Origin: Ignisphaera sp.
Lineage (GTDB): Archaea > Thermoproteota > Thermoprotei_A > Sulfolobales > Ignisphaeraceae
Direction: 5' to 3'
DNA length: 64,000 nt
Assembly (NCBI GenBank): GCA_038889075.1
Contig: JAWAHS010000006.1
Location: 1 to 64,000, forward strand
Within the stretch, counting starts at the first letter, position 1; every line of letters begins with the position of its first letter. The notes under the pieces are model-generated. The model saw only the letters and a list, made by a program, of their open reading frames with translations. It was not told where the DNA came from and made no database searches. This document shows positions 43,746 to 54,444 of the stretch, piece by piece. The translations under genes were made by a program, and so were the position numbers.

Positions 43746-44507
43746 GTGGATAGTATAGCCATTACAATAGAGCCGAAGATACTAATAGCATACCCCAATG
43801 CAAAAGAATTTGCAGATGTGCTTAGTATAGTAAGCGAAATTGTTGATGAGGTTCTGATAAATATCGATTCACAGAGCTTTAGCATTAAAGCGCTAGATCC
43901 TAGTAAAATCGCCATGCTTTCAATAAATCTGCCTCCTGAAGCCTTTCAAGAATACAGAGTATCTGAAGAGGTTAGTATAGGTATAGCAGTTTCGGTTCTA
44001 TCAAAAATACTGAAACAGTTAAAGAAGAGCGATAGAATAACAATAGCAGCTAATAACGAACATGTTGAAATACTGGTAGAGGGTATGTCGATAAGGAGAT
44101 ACAAGTTTAAGAACCTTGAAGTTATAGCTGAGGAAGCACCTGAACTTACACCAGAATATGATGTAGAGGCCTCTATACTTTCATCACCACTTAGAACAAC
44201 CCTTAGTGAATTGACATCCATTAGTAGCACAACTGGTATTACAGCCAAGGATGATACAGTATTGTTCTTCGACTATGATACCAAGAAAAGTATATATAGA
44301 CTTACAACAACATCAGGTACGGTTATTAACTTGAATATTAGGAAGGAGTCTACCGCTGCATATGATAGTGAATACCTTTCAAAAATCATAGAGATGCTGA
44401 AGCTTAGTAATATAGTTGAACTGAAATATGGCTCGAAAGCCCCGCTACACCTCTCAATAGAATTTGCAGGAGGAAGAATAGAATATTTCCTTGCAATAAA
44501 AATGTAG
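43746..44507 (+). CDS. pcn: PCNA sliding-clamp subunit (start uncertain)
   Basis: ALDPSKIAM, FQEY, YDSEYL and PL.L...YFLA. Confidence 0.9.
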   Translation: MDSIAITIEPKILIAYPNAKEFADVLSIVSEIVDEVLINIDSQSFSIKALDPSKIAMLSINLPPEAFQEYRVSEEVSIGIAVSVLSKILKQLKKSDRITIAANNEHVEILVEGMSIRRYKFKNLEVIAEEAPELTPEYDVEASILSSPLRTTLSELTSISSTTGITAKDDTVLFFDYDTKKSIYRLTTTSGTVINLNIRKESTAAYDSEYLSKIIEMLKLSNIVELKYGSKAPLHLSIEFAGGRIEYFLAIKM

Positions 44508-44890
44508 ATTGCCCAATTGCAGATCTTAATCCTATCAACATTAGCTGTATACGGAGATACATTCGCCACTATCAATCAAAGTGCTGGAATGCCAAAACAT
44601 AGAGATACAACCATAGCTAGGCTATGCTGATTCGCGTGCTGCATCCTATAGGCTACGTCAAAAGACCACTGGTGTGTTCGTGAATTAGTTCACTTTGTCT
44701 CTCTACCCCATTTTATAGTTTGTTACAGTTCTTAGAGATTCTAATGGATATCTAGATGGAGCTGGTTTAGAAACCCTTAGATGCAGAGGGTTCAAAATAT
44801 CTTGAATGACACTAAGAGTATCATGGTCTATAGGTATATTGAATGCAGTATGTGCTATTTTAATACTGGTTTTTAATTGATAATTAGCGA

Positions 44891-44964
<74 letters not shown>

Positions 44965-45067
44965 TCTTAGGTTAATTGATTCACGTCCTAGGTATATAAA
45001 TGCTCTTGGTTGCACAACCATTGCTATTCTATTTTATTGTTGCAATGTGTAGAACTAGATCTCTATC

Positions 45068-45916
45068 CTACTTAAGCCTGTGTATTCTTTCCAACAGTTT
45101 ATGTAAATCTGTGTATTGCGAAGGTGTGTAACATTGTATCTTCTCTATATTATCTAGACACTCTCTTTCAATTGGATGCAGTTTTCTTGCTGGTATTATC
45201 ACCGTGTACGGTGGTTCACCAAATTCCGTTACGCTATCTACTATCCTATTAACGGTCTCTACATAAACTCTACCTTTACCACTTGTAATAGCCTGCTGTA
45301 CTATGATCACATCATCTAATGCTATTACTTCCTCCCCCCATCTTCTCTGTATATTGAGGAGAACCTCTATTGCTTCTCTAGGCGTCATAAAGTAATTGTT
45401 TTCTGCATCCATTTCTAGAAGTAGCATTGTATGGAGATCCTGTACCCTATTGAGTTTCACAATATGAAGAGGGTGCTCGTATTCTATTCCATTCTTTGGC
45501 CTAACCACAGTAGCTATTCTACCAAATCTGTATACCTGAAGACATGACATTGATATACCAACATTTAATATAGATGAGGATGGTGAAACTTCTACAGGTA
45601 CTCCCTTCCTCAGAGCCTCAACGACTATAGCAGAATGTGTCGTAGCTATTAATGGATCTCCTGGTGTAGCTATACATATATCCTTACTTCTAGCCTCCTC
45701 TACAACAACATCGATACCTTTTCCCTCGAGATCATTTCTACATGCATACACAACCTCTATACCATCCATATTTAGCATCTTAAAAAGATCTATACCCTCG
45801 GAAAACCAGATGCTTGTATATGTATCAACCAGAATTTTATTACATCTTAAGAGTTTCACTAAGTTACCAATCGGTAGGAGATATATTGAAAGCCCTAAAC
45901 CTATTAATCTAAGCAT
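45068..45916 (-). CDS. dph5: diphthine synthase
   Basis: LIGLGL, DTYTS, GDPLIATTH, LQVYRFG and LHTMLLL. Confidence 0.9.
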   Translation of the reverse strand: MLRLIGLGLSIYLLPIGNLVKLLRCNKILVDTYTSIWFSEGIDLFKMLNMDGIEVVYACRNDLEGKGIDVVVEEARSKDICIATPGDPLIATTHSAIVVEALRKGVPVEVSPSSSILNVGISMSCLQVYRFGRIATVVRPKNGIEYEHPLHIVKLNRVQDLHTMLLLEMDAENNYFMTPREAIEVLLNIQRRWGEEVIALDDVIIVQQAITSGKGRVYVETVNRIVDSVTEFGEPPYTVIIPARKLHPIERECLDNIEKIQCYTPSQYTDLHKLLERIHRLK

Positions 45917-47213
45917 CTATAACCCCCCTCTCAATAAGGTATTCCCTTACCTCCTGCCACCTACTGCCTATAGCATATAGCCTCTTTATATGATACCTTT
46001 TGGGGATACTCTTCACAACACTATTTCCAACATCTATAATTGGTATAGACGCTCTTCCATCAACTATGACTCTCGGAACTACATAGGGGTCTTCATCTAG
46101 AATCTTTATATCATCAACAAAGAGTGCTATCTGGTGAACTCCAATTCTACTCCTCATACTATTTATGATTTCCTGAAGTACTGCTATATCCCTATCCCTC
46201 TCTATATCGATGGGATTCACATCAAATTTAGATCTATCTACCACCACCTTATACCCCTTTCTAAAGAAAAACGCTTCTATAAGCTCCTTCAACTCTCTAC
46301 ATCTACCCTTCCGATACATGTCTATCATCACTCCCAGAAACCAATCATCGTGCCATACAGCTATTTCTCCAGAACGGGCAATCCTTATAATATCTTCTCT
46401 AGACTTTGGAAGCAGTGGATCTTCAACATACTCATTTACGTACTCATAGATTTTTCTAAGCATCATCTCATAGCCTACCAGTGTCTTATGATAGTAAACA
46501 GCTCTATACATATGCATTCGAGCAAGGTAGAAATTCTCGAGAGCATCTATACCTTTATCAAGTATCGCTAAATTGCCATCTCCATCGACAACCAGTGTTG
46601 CTATTATTCTCTGTAAATCTATTGAACCGTATGTCACACCTGTATGAAGTGCATCCCTTATTAAGTAATCCATCCTATCTACATCAACATCACCTGAGAG
46701 GAGCTGGTTGTATAAGGGTTCCTTATACCTACCCTCTAGGAGCGCTACAACGGTTTTTGGATCATATCCATAGCTATCCAGTGTTTCTCTAATCTCGCTA
46801 TTCTCTAGAATAACTATCTTTGAAAGATCTTCATGTCCTATGTACAGCCTATGCTTATAGAATGGCTCTATTGCATGGCTAAATGGTGTATGTCCAATAT
46901 CATGTAGAAGTGCTGCTAATCTTAGTAGCTGTACGTCGTCCGCATTGTATATGTACCCCAGATTGAGCAGTCTCGAAGCTATCAATCCCATTATATGCAT
47001 TACTCCAAGACTGTGGCTAAACCTAGTATGGGTAGCTCCTGGATAGACGTACCATGCAGCTGCTAGCTGTTTTATGAATCTCAATCTCTGAAAAACAGGC
47101 GAGTCAACTATTTTTAACTCAACGTCACTCAATTCTATATATCCATGTACCTCATCGTATATCCTCTTAACACCACGTATCTTTGGAGCACCACTAGGGC
47201 TAACCTTAATCAC
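45909..47213 (-). CDS. HD-domain phosphohydrolase (SAMHD1/YwfO-like dNTPase)
   Basis: FQRLR.IKQL, HTRFSHSLG, LLHDIGH, DVDRMDYL.RD and MYRAVYYHK. Confidence 0.9.
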   Translation of the reverse strand: MIKVSPSGAPKIRGVKRIYDEVHGYIELSDVELKIVDSPVFQRLRFIKQLAAAWYVYPGATHTRFSHSLGVMHIMGLIASRLLNLGYIYNADDVQLLRLAALLHDIGHTPFSHAIEPFYKHRLYIGHEDLSKIVILENSEIRETLDSYGYDPKTVVALLEGRYKEPLYNQLLSGDVDVDRMDYLIRDALHTGVTYGSIDLQRIIATLVVDGDGNLAILDKGIDALENFYLARMHMYRAVYYHKTLVGYEMMLRKIYEYVNEYVEDPLLPKSREDIIRIARSGEIAVWHDDWFLGVMIDMYRKGRCRELKELIEAFFFRKGYKVVVDRSKFDVNPIDIERDRDIAVLQEIINSMRSRIGVHQIALFVDDIKILDEDPYVVPRVIVDGRASIPIIDVGNSVVKSIPKRYHIKRLYAIGSRWQEVREYLIERGVIDA

Positions 47214-47268
47214 ACTGTTTTCACCAAATATACTGAAAATAAACTATATCGCTTCTGAGGTAATACCT

Positions 47269-47814
47269 TTATATACAAATGCCAAGCTTATCAATAACAT
47301 TCCATACCTTTAGAACATCTTCCCTCGACAGCTTCTTTCGCAGGACGAGTTCATCAACAGGATTTAGAGGCTTGGGATACACATCCCTACATAACATTAT
47401 CAAGCTTGCTACAATTTCAAGAACCTTAATATCCAACTTAGCCACCTGTTCCCTTACACTAAAAAGCAACCTCTTGACCGCCTCTAGAGCATTCCGTTCA
47501 AAAGTACTTAACTCTACTAATAAGGTATTTGGGTCACCCGCTAAAGATCTTGCTACCCTTTGATAGTAAATCTGTAAACCCTTTGAGTAGGGACCCATAG
47601 AAAGCCACTCAAACTTAAACCCCAGATCAAGCCCTCCAACAACTTGAAGCAGATATACAAACTTCTGTACCGCTATCCTAAACTCTATACCATCCATAGA
47701 AACCTCCTTAATGATATTCGTATCCTTCAAAAGTTGCGCAACCAGTAAATCAACTCTACTCCTACTCTGCGCCACATCTAATACATTTGCTGCACACATT
47801 TCCACAACCTTCAC
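47269..47814 (-). CDS. YwgA/Panacea(DUF4065)-like protein
   Basis: R..VQKFVYLLQ, F.W...GPYS..L and LEIVAS. Confidence 0.6.
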   Translation of the reverse strand: MKVVEMCAANVLDVAQSRSRVDLLVAQLLKDTNIIKEVSMDGIEFRIAVQKFVYLLQVVGGLDLGFKFEWLSMGPYSKGLQIYYQRVARSLAGDPNTLLVELSTFERNALEAVKRLLFSVREQVAKLDIKVLEIVASLIMLCRDVYPKPLNPVDELVLRKKLSREDVLKVWNVIDKLGICI

Positions 47815-48008
47815 ATCTATATCTTGATATTAACATAAAATTAAGGAGAGACCCTACTGAAACAATTGCATTCACACAATAACACGTAGATACACCGTGG
47901 ATATTCTAAATACATTTTTAACAGGCTGTGTTAAAGGCTACCAAATCTCCATGGAAGCTCATCGTAATGGATACAAATTGTAAACATAGATCGTTTTCAT
48001 CTATGTGT

Positions 48009-48085
<77 letters not shown>

Positions 48086-48195
48086 ACCAAATATGCTAGC
48101 TATATTCTACAGCTATCGACAAAGTTAATAAGCTTTAACAGATCTTAAGATACTATCCAACCACATCCCAACCACACCATAGAATTTGATGCATA

Positions 48196-48255
48196 GATCA
48201 GCCAAAGAGGTCTCGTCATATTTTATATTTCACAGGCCTGCGTAGATCATCATTC
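48196..48255 (-). ncRNA. box C/D sRNA immediately downstream of tRNA-Val
   Basis: Minus strand: C atgatga, guide tctacgcaggcct, D' gtga, C' atgacga, guide gacctctttgg, D ctga. Confidence 0.78.
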
Positions 48256-48265
48256 TCTTATTTAG

Positions 48266-48339
48266 TGGGCCCGCGGGGATTTGAACCCCGGACCTCCGCC
48301 TCGTCAGGGCGGCGTCCTACCAGACTAGACGACGGGCCC
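48266..48339 (-). tRNA. tRNA-Val(GAC)
   Basis: ccgcc-ctGACga-ggcgg. Confidence 0.95.
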
Positions 48340-48456
48340 ACTTTAGATCTAGAGCTCTGTATAACAGAGCTACCTATTAAATTTTTATTGGAACACTTTA
48401 TCCATACAATTTTCACCAAATTTTCCAAATCTCTTATAGCACTTGAGAATGGGTTT

Positions 48457-48563
48457 TGGAGCCGGGGCCGGGATTCGAACCCGGGGAATAACGGGTCTCG
48501 ACGGACGGAAGTCGGAAATGCGCCACTGCAGCCCGCCGCCTTAGACCGCTCGGCCACCCCGGC
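48457..48563 (-). tRNA. tRNA-Cys(GCA) with 29-nt intron at 37/38 (48497-48525)
   Basis: gcggg-ctGCAg[intron]a-cccgt; CCA encoded. Confidence 0.9.
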
Positions 48564-48617
48564 TCATAGGTACTGTTTATTTTTAGGAGTAATAAAGATT
48601 GCTGGACTGTAATTGGA

Positions 48618-48709
48618 TGCCGCCGGGGGGATTTGAACCCCCGACCTCCCGGTTTCTACAGGATCTCTTCTTCAGCCGGGCGCTCTCCCGGAAGCTGAGC
48701 TACGGCGGC
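48618..48709 (-). tRNA. tRNA-Phe(GAA) with 16-nt intron at 37/38 (48654-48669)
   Basis: cccgg-ctGAAg[intron]a-ccggg. Confidence 0.9.
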
Positions 48710-48767
48710 TCTTTCCAAGATTATGTATTGGATGTCTATTTATAACTTTTAATTAAAATCGTTTTGT

Positions 48768-49955
48768 CTATTCTATAAAATCTTTTGTTCCAATTTTCGT
48801 AGGTATATATGTATCTGCCAGAAAGTAGAGACCCTTGCCTGTTAGTGCCTCTATCTCAAGCTTGCTCTGCTTATCTATGAAAATGTTTATCTCCCTCAAC
48901 CATCCCTCTGTTTTAAACCATTCGTAGTTTAGCAGCTCCTGTGCTCTCTTAATATCTGTTTTCTTTGCCTTTATGATAAAATTCCTTCTCTCATTTTCAG
49001 AGAGGTATGGTTTCTTGCCTCTCTGCTTATCTCCAAAAATATCACTCATACTAACACCTAGAAACTTTGCCTTTGGTGTTGCAAGTCTTTCAGATTCGTA
49101 TGATAGTGTAATCGATCCTGTTCTAAATACGCTGTATATATACCATCCATACGGATCTGCATCTGTGAGTATGTATACTGGTAGGTTGAGCTCCTCATTC
49201 AATCTTCTTACAAATCTTCTAGTAGCTCTATCGGGCTGTCCAGCACTTGTTATCAATATAGCCCTGTACTTTCTCCAAAATCCGGCTCTATGGAGTTGCT
49301 GGAATACAGCATCCTTCTCTACAACTAGAACAAACTCAGCGCTAACATCCACGAATTCTATCAGATCCGGCGTCGGCTCTATGGAATATGCTCCGTGGCC
49401 CATCTTACTAAGATCTATCACATCATCACCTGATCTAATCCTCATATCACCCACAACCTTGCCCTTCTCCTTACTAAGTATCAACATCTCCTCTCTAAGC
49501 AGATTCACATACACCTCTATATCTCTTAGAACAGAATCGCTCTCCTTCTGCTCATCCCATGTATTCTCCTCTCCAATCCTGTTCCTATGATCCCTATACC
49601 TTATGCTGTGCTTTCCACGATAGAATAGATCTCTTATCGTAGGGTACTCGTTACTTATGAGAGCCTCATATATAATCCTAGCCATCAGCATGGTCTGCAT
49701 AAATTTCCTAGACTCCTTTACATCCATAAAGCTCCTCTCAAAGGTTGCTGAACCTAGTAGCAGAATACCCTTCTCTACATCATATACAGTATTGGATAGT
49801 GTCCTCCTAGGTATTATAAGCTTTGGCTCCTCACCACTAAGTACAGCTTTAGCGATTTTCTCAAATGCCTCTCTAATTCTTTCAGCAGCTAGCTGCCTAG
49901 CCTTAATATCAATTGACGATGCGAACTTTCTCCCCTCATCCATACTACCCACCAC
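48768..49955 (-). CDS. top6A: DNA topoisomerase VI subunit A
   Basis: TIRDLFY catalytic Tyr, VVEKDA, GQPD and DADPYG. Confidence 0.96.
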   Translation of the reverse strand: MVGSMDEGRKFASSIDIKARQLAAERIREAFEKIAKAVLSGEEPKLIIPRRTLSNTVYDVEKGILLLGSATFERSFMDVKESRKFMQTMLMARIIYEALISNEYPTIRDLFYRGKHSIRYRDHRNRIGEENTWDEQKESDSVLRDIEVYVNLLREEMLILSKEKGKVVGDMRIRSGDDVIDLSKMGHGAYSIEPTPDLIEFVDVSAEFVLVVEKDAVFQQLHRAGFWRKYRAILITSAGQPDRATRRFVRRLNEELNLPVYILTDADPYGWYIYSVFRTGSITLSYESERLATPKAKFLGVSMSDIFGDKQRGKKPYLSENERRNFIIKAKKTDIKRAQELLNYEWFKTEGWLREINIFIDKQSKLEIEALTGKGLYFLADTYIPTKIGTKDFIE

Positions 49956-49961
49956 ATAGAA

Positions 49962-51545
49962 TCATTCAATTGATAGAACTACATCCCTTGGAATGGATAT
50001 TCCTTTAATATACTCACCATATCTCCTCTTTACAAGCTCAAACAGCTTATCCTCTATAAGCTTTGGATCCACGGGTTCAGGATTTGAACGGAGAAATGTT
50101 GCTAACGCTATCGATACCTCGGGTATATACTTGATGATAGTGACCGCCTTCCTCATGTATTCCTCTTCCCTCTGCTTCCTCGTCAAGTAAAGCTTCAGAG
50201 ATCTTGCAACATGCCTTACACCCTCCTCAAGTTCACGTTCAATTACAGGCACCTCTGCTACACTCTCCTTACCAACACCCTTGTATGGTATCTTTGTCCC
50301 ACATATATGGGTGAGAATAGCTATGGGAGCTGGAAACGTCACATCATAGTAGTTCCAATCTATATTCTCCGATACAACCTTCCAAGAAACATCTGTTCTC
50401 TCGTCATACAGTAAAGGTATCTTGTTAGCGAATCGTAGAAGTTGGGGCTCATCTGAAGGCTCTATAGCTCCCCCATATGCTATCCCCACCTCAATAACTA
50501 CTGCGTGCCCCTCATAGACTATAGGCTTCATTGTTACAGCATCGGCGAATTCGGGTTTCAAAATACTGCTAAGCCCTATCTTTATCAGATCCGCTCCTAT
50601 TGGTGATAGATGCTCTGCTCTAGGTTTTCTAAACTCATTAAATTCCCTTAATGCTTTGGCCAAAGCTTCCAGCTCCTCCTTAGAAAGCTCCTTTGGATTC
50701 TTACTAGGTTCAAATCCATAGCTCTGTAGAAACCGTCCAGCAATCACCTTTCCAACGCCTTGGAATTCGTTGGCTATAAAATCTAGCAATGTCGGCTCCT
50801 TTGTTTCACTTATCATAGCCTTTAGCATCTCTATATCAATCCCATGTGGATGCGGTTTCGTCTCCCTGGGTGGTGGAGGTAGCTTATCCGTAGCTCTAGG
50901 ATACGTATATATCTCCCCATCCGGTGTCCTAAGAACGATGTTTGCATACGGGGTAACGATAGCTGTCCTCTTAACATAGTCCAATATCTTCTGCTTAGCT
51001 CTACCCCAATCACCTTCAACAGATATCTTTACTATGGTGCCATGCCAACCACCTATATTGGGCCATACCCCCCGCTGAAGAACTATTGGTTTGTTCTCCT
51101 TCACATCAATTGAAATTTTGTATGAGTATATCTTTTTAGAGCCTATGGTAGCGGAGACTATTTCAGCTGGCTCACCAACCGTTATCTGACCATAGAGGAC
51201 GATCATCTTTGCACCAAGACCGAAAAGTCCTCGGGTCTGTCTTAGAACATACTTTGAGCTAAATAGAACCCTTCCAAAAGCCTCAGGTATGTATTTCTCT
51301 GGAATCCCTATACCATTATCCTTAACAGTTATTCTATACACCATAGGCTTATCGGGACTCCTATCAATAGATATCTCTATATCTGGTAGAATTCCGTGGG
51401 CATCCGTAGCATCTAACGCATTCTCTAGCAATTCCCTTACAGATTGATAGAGGGCTCTAGCTGGATTGGAAAACCCTGCTATCTCCTTATTCCTATAGAA
51501 GAATTCCGCAGGACTTATAGCTCTAAATTTCTCCAGTGTACTCAT
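49962..51545 (-). CDS. top6B: DNA topoisomerase VI subunit B
   Basis: ELLENALDA, DNGIG, QTRG.FGLG and RFANKIPL. Confidence 0.96.
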   Translation of the reverse strand: MSTLEKFRAISPAEFFYRNKEIAGFSNPARALYQSVRELLENALDATDAHGILPDIEISIDRSPDKPMVYRITVKDNGIGIPEKYIPEAFGRVLFSSKYVLRQTRGLFGLGAKMIVLYGQITVGEPAEIVSATIGSKKIYSYKISIDVKENKPIVLQRGVWPNIGGWHGTIVKISVEGDWGRAKQKILDYVKRTAIVTPYANIVLRTPDGEIYTYPRATDKLPPPPRETKPHPHGIDIEMLKAMISETKEPTLLDFIANEFQGVGKVIAGRFLQSYGFEPSKNPKELSKEELEALAKALREFNEFRKPRAEHLSPIGADLIKIGLSSILKPEFADAVTMKPIVYEGHAVVIEVGIAYGGAIEPSDEPQLLRFANKIPLLYDERTDVSWKVVSENIDWNYYDVTFPAPIAILTHICGTKIPYKGVGKESVAEVPVIERELEEGVRHVARSLKLYLTRKQREEEYMRKAVTIIKYIPEVSIALATFLRSNPEPVDPKLIEDKLFELVKRRYGEYIKGISIPRDVVLSIE

Positions 51546-51641
51546 TCTTCCTCAGCACCACTCACTACTAAATATACTCTATTCTAAGGGTAAACTAATA
51601 AGCAATGTGCTTAAACAAGAATATCCATTGGATTGAATAGG

Positions 51642-52571
51642 TTACGTGAATAGAGCACCGTAGGCTATTATAGGTATGAGAACTGTTGCATCACCGTACA
51701 CTACAACGCTTCTTGCACACTCTCTAATCTTACTCCACGTAATGGCCTCTCTAGGTCTAGCGCCACTCAAAGAACCATCCCATTCAACAGCTGTTGTTAT
51801 ATAGACAGCATAGTCTAGCCCTCCATGGAATTGCGCCCACCATAACGTGTGGTGCTTGCTTATTCCACCACCTACTATCAGTGCCCCCATACACCTAGAT
51901 CTAAATGCAATATCTGCAAGTTCACTCTCATCTCTAAACACATCTATATAGATTTTATTGAACTGTGAAAATGTGAATAGCGCTGTACCAAATGCTCCAT
52001 CTAGGAAACCTGGAACATAGATAGGTATTCCATTGCTACTTGCTATTCTAAGTATCGAATTTTCATCTCCTATCTTCCTCCCTACCTCCCATAGAATATC
52101 CTTAACGCTATAGGTTCTTCCGCTACCATTTCTATTGACAAGTTCGCTAAGCACACTATGGACGACCTTCTCGATTATGGGTCCGTAATCATTAACAGGG
52201 ATATAAACATTGCCCAGTCTATGTATGCCCTCCCTATGAAGTTGAACATCGTCTGAGTCAAAAAACCCCTTCATATACCTACCTCCGAAGCTTCTTGCAA
52301 TATCGTGATCCACAGTACCACATGTTGTTATAACTACATTGAATATCCTCTCCTTAAGTAGCTGCGATATAATTCCTCTAACCCCTGTTGCAACAATATT
52401 CCCTGTAAAGGAAATAATCCTAGTATCGCACTTCTCCTTGAATTCCTTGATAATTTTTATAGCCTCATGTATATGTGATGCCATAAAGCCATGGATAGAG
52501 CCGTACAGCTCTATTAAATCCTCTATTCTCATACCCTTAAATAGCTTTACATCACCTATAACATCATCCAA
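51642..52571 (-). CDS. dys: deoxyhypusine synthase
   Basis: FTGNIVATG, GGGISKHH and DGSLSGARPREAITW.K. Confidence 0.93.
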   Translation of the reverse strand: MDDVIGDVKLFKGMRIEDLIELYGSIHGFMASHIHEAIKIIKEFKEKCDTRIISFTGNIVATGVRGIISQLLKERIFNVVITTCGTVDHDIARSFGGRYMKGFFDSDDVQLHREGIHRLGNVYIPVNDYGPIIEKVVHSVLSELVNRNGSGRTYSVKDILWEVGRKIGDENSILRIASSNGIPIYVPGFLDGAFGTALFTFSQFNKIYIDVFRDESELADIAFRSRCMGALIVGGGISKHHTLWWAQFHGGLDYAVYITTAVEWDGSLSGARPREAITWSKIRECARSVVVYGDATVLIPIIAYGALFT

Positions 52572-53865
52572 ATCTACTCACCAAAAACTCTGCAAGTTTA
52601 TTAATGGGTATTTCATACTGCTCCCAGTGCCCCATATCTCTAACCAGTATGGTGCCCTTTTCTAGCTCCTTCTTACCGACGATCAATGTATAGTCGAATC
52701 CTCCCTTAGAAGCGTACTCTAGCCATCTACTCAATCTATGAGTTGCTGATACCATCTCCACCTGCACTATAATACCCTTTCTCCTAACATCTCTTATAAC
52801 TGTATTAACCACAGTGATTATCGAGGGATCTCTTACAAGTAGTAGGAGTAGAGCTCTTTTCCTAGATATTGAAGGTTTGGATCCCTGGGATGATAAGGCT
52901 AGCATTGTTCTTTCAACCCCTATAGCGAATCCTGTACTTGAAAGCTCTTCACCACCGTATACAGTTGTTAGATTATCGTATCTACCTCCACCAGCTATGC
53001 TTATACTTAGTGGAGGAGCCAACACCTCAAATATTATCCCGGTATAATATGCTATCCCTCTTGCAAAAGCTGGATCTAGAACTACCCTAGCTCCAATAGA
53101 TTTCACAAAATCTATATACCTTATGAGGTTATCTATATGTGTTTTGAAATCGTTGTATATTCCTTCATCTTCTAGTATGCTGATCAGCGGTTGTAGATCG
53201 TTTGCACCTCTATGCTTGGCAACCTCCCTTATTATTCTCGCACCCTTTATGGCACCCCTACTCTCAAATAGGCTAGCAGCTTCATCAAATAGACCTTTAT
53301 CCAATAGATGTAGTAGTCTATCTACACTATTTTCATCTAGGTTTGAACGCATAGCGAGCTCCCGAAATATTGCAACGTTATTTACCTTGTATCTACGATC
53401 TGCTAAACCTATTCTATCATAGAACTCTTCTAGAACTTCTATCAACTCAATATCATAGCTTAAATCATCTGCTCCCAGAACCTCTATACCAGCTTGTGTA
53501 AATTCTCTATACCTACCCAACTGAGGTTCGTCGTATCTAAATACATTGGCTATATAGAAGAGCTTTATAGGCTTTGGCCATGCCTTCAACTCCTTTAGAT
53601 AGACCCTTATAACACTTGGGGTTACCTCTGGTCTTAGAGCTACCTCTCTATCTCCCTTATCCTTAAACACATACATCGATTCTCTAATCTCTTCACCTGA
53701 CTTCATTGCAAAGAGCTTGAAGCTTTCAACAGTTGGTGTCCTTACCTCTCTATAGCCAAACGACTCTACAACCTCTCTGAATACACTGCATATCCATGAC
53801 AGAATCTCGCTCTCTGGAGGTATATAGTCTCTAAAACCTCTCACCGGTTCGTAGAGTTCCTTCAT
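52564..53865 (-). CDS. hisS: histidine--tRNA ligase
   Basis: LRPEVTP, FRYDEPQ.GRYREF, RGIAYYTG and GGGRYD. Confidence 0.96.
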   Translation of the reverse strand: MKELYEPVRGFRDYIPPESEILSWICSVFREVVESFGYREVRTPTVESFKLFAMKSGEEIRESMYVFKDKGDREVALRPEVTPSVIRVYLKELKAWPKPIKLFYIANVFRYDEPQLGRYREFTQAGIEVLGADDLSYDIELIEVLEEFYDRIGLADRRYKVNNVAIFRELAMRSNLDENSVDRLLHLLDKGLFDEAASLFESRGAIKGARIIREVAKHRGANDLQPLISILEDEGIYNDFKTHIDNLIRYIDFVKSIGARVVLDPAFARGIAYYTGIIFEVLAPPLSISIAGGGRYDNLTTVYGGEELSSTGFAIGVERTMLALSSQGSKPSISRKRALLLLLVRDPSIITVVNTVIRDVRRKGIIVQVEMVSATHRLSRWLEYASKGGFDYTLIVGKKELEKGTILVRDMGHWEQYEIPINKLAEFLVSRFG

Positions 53866-54366
53866 TTACATCTCCCTTCTCTCTATTTTTGGAAAGGTCA
53901 TTTTACCAACCTCGTAGTATGTGACATCTCCATGCATATCTACTACTGCGATTAAAACTCTATAACCTTGCTTAATAGCTCTATCAACAATATCGTATAG
54001 TTCTGCCGCTCTAATCATCGAATCCTCATCCATTGCATAGACAAGCGTTTTCTCACCAACTATAATTAGCTCATTATCGCTATTGCCAAAGACTACCCGT
54101 TTACCACGTCTTACAAGGTCCTGGAATACAAAGAAGAGTGTTGAATACATCGGATTATCGATGCATCTCACTACATCAGATGTATCAATACTATTTCCAT
54201 ATTCATCGACTATTTTGACGGACTTCGTGCTTAACAGGTAGAGAGCTAGTACCGGATTTACCTCTCCACCCTCTATAATACCGAACCGTTCACATAGTTC
54301 AGGTGGTACCTTCTTAGCGTATATTCTGCAGTTAACTAATGTGAATAAAGCATTATTTGCACTCAA
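53866..54366 (-). CDS. tRNA splicing endonuclease structural (beta) subunit
   Basis: VFQDLVRRG and IAVVD..GDVTYYE; catalytic Tyr/His/Lys not evident. Confidence 0.75.
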   Translation of the reverse strand: MSANNALFTLVNCRIYAKKVPPELCERFGIIEGGEVNPVLALYLLSTKSVKIVDEYGNSIDTSDVVRCIDNPMYSTLFFVFQDLVRRGKRVVFGNSDNELIIVGEKTLVYAMDEDSMIRAAELYDIVDRAIKQGYRVLIAVVDMHGDVTYYEVGKMTFPKIERREM

Positions 54367-54444
54367 TATATGTGTACCTAGTCTATCTATATTTTACTAA
54401 AGATTTTTAGGCTATAATGAGCAGAGATTTGACGGTGCTATTAA

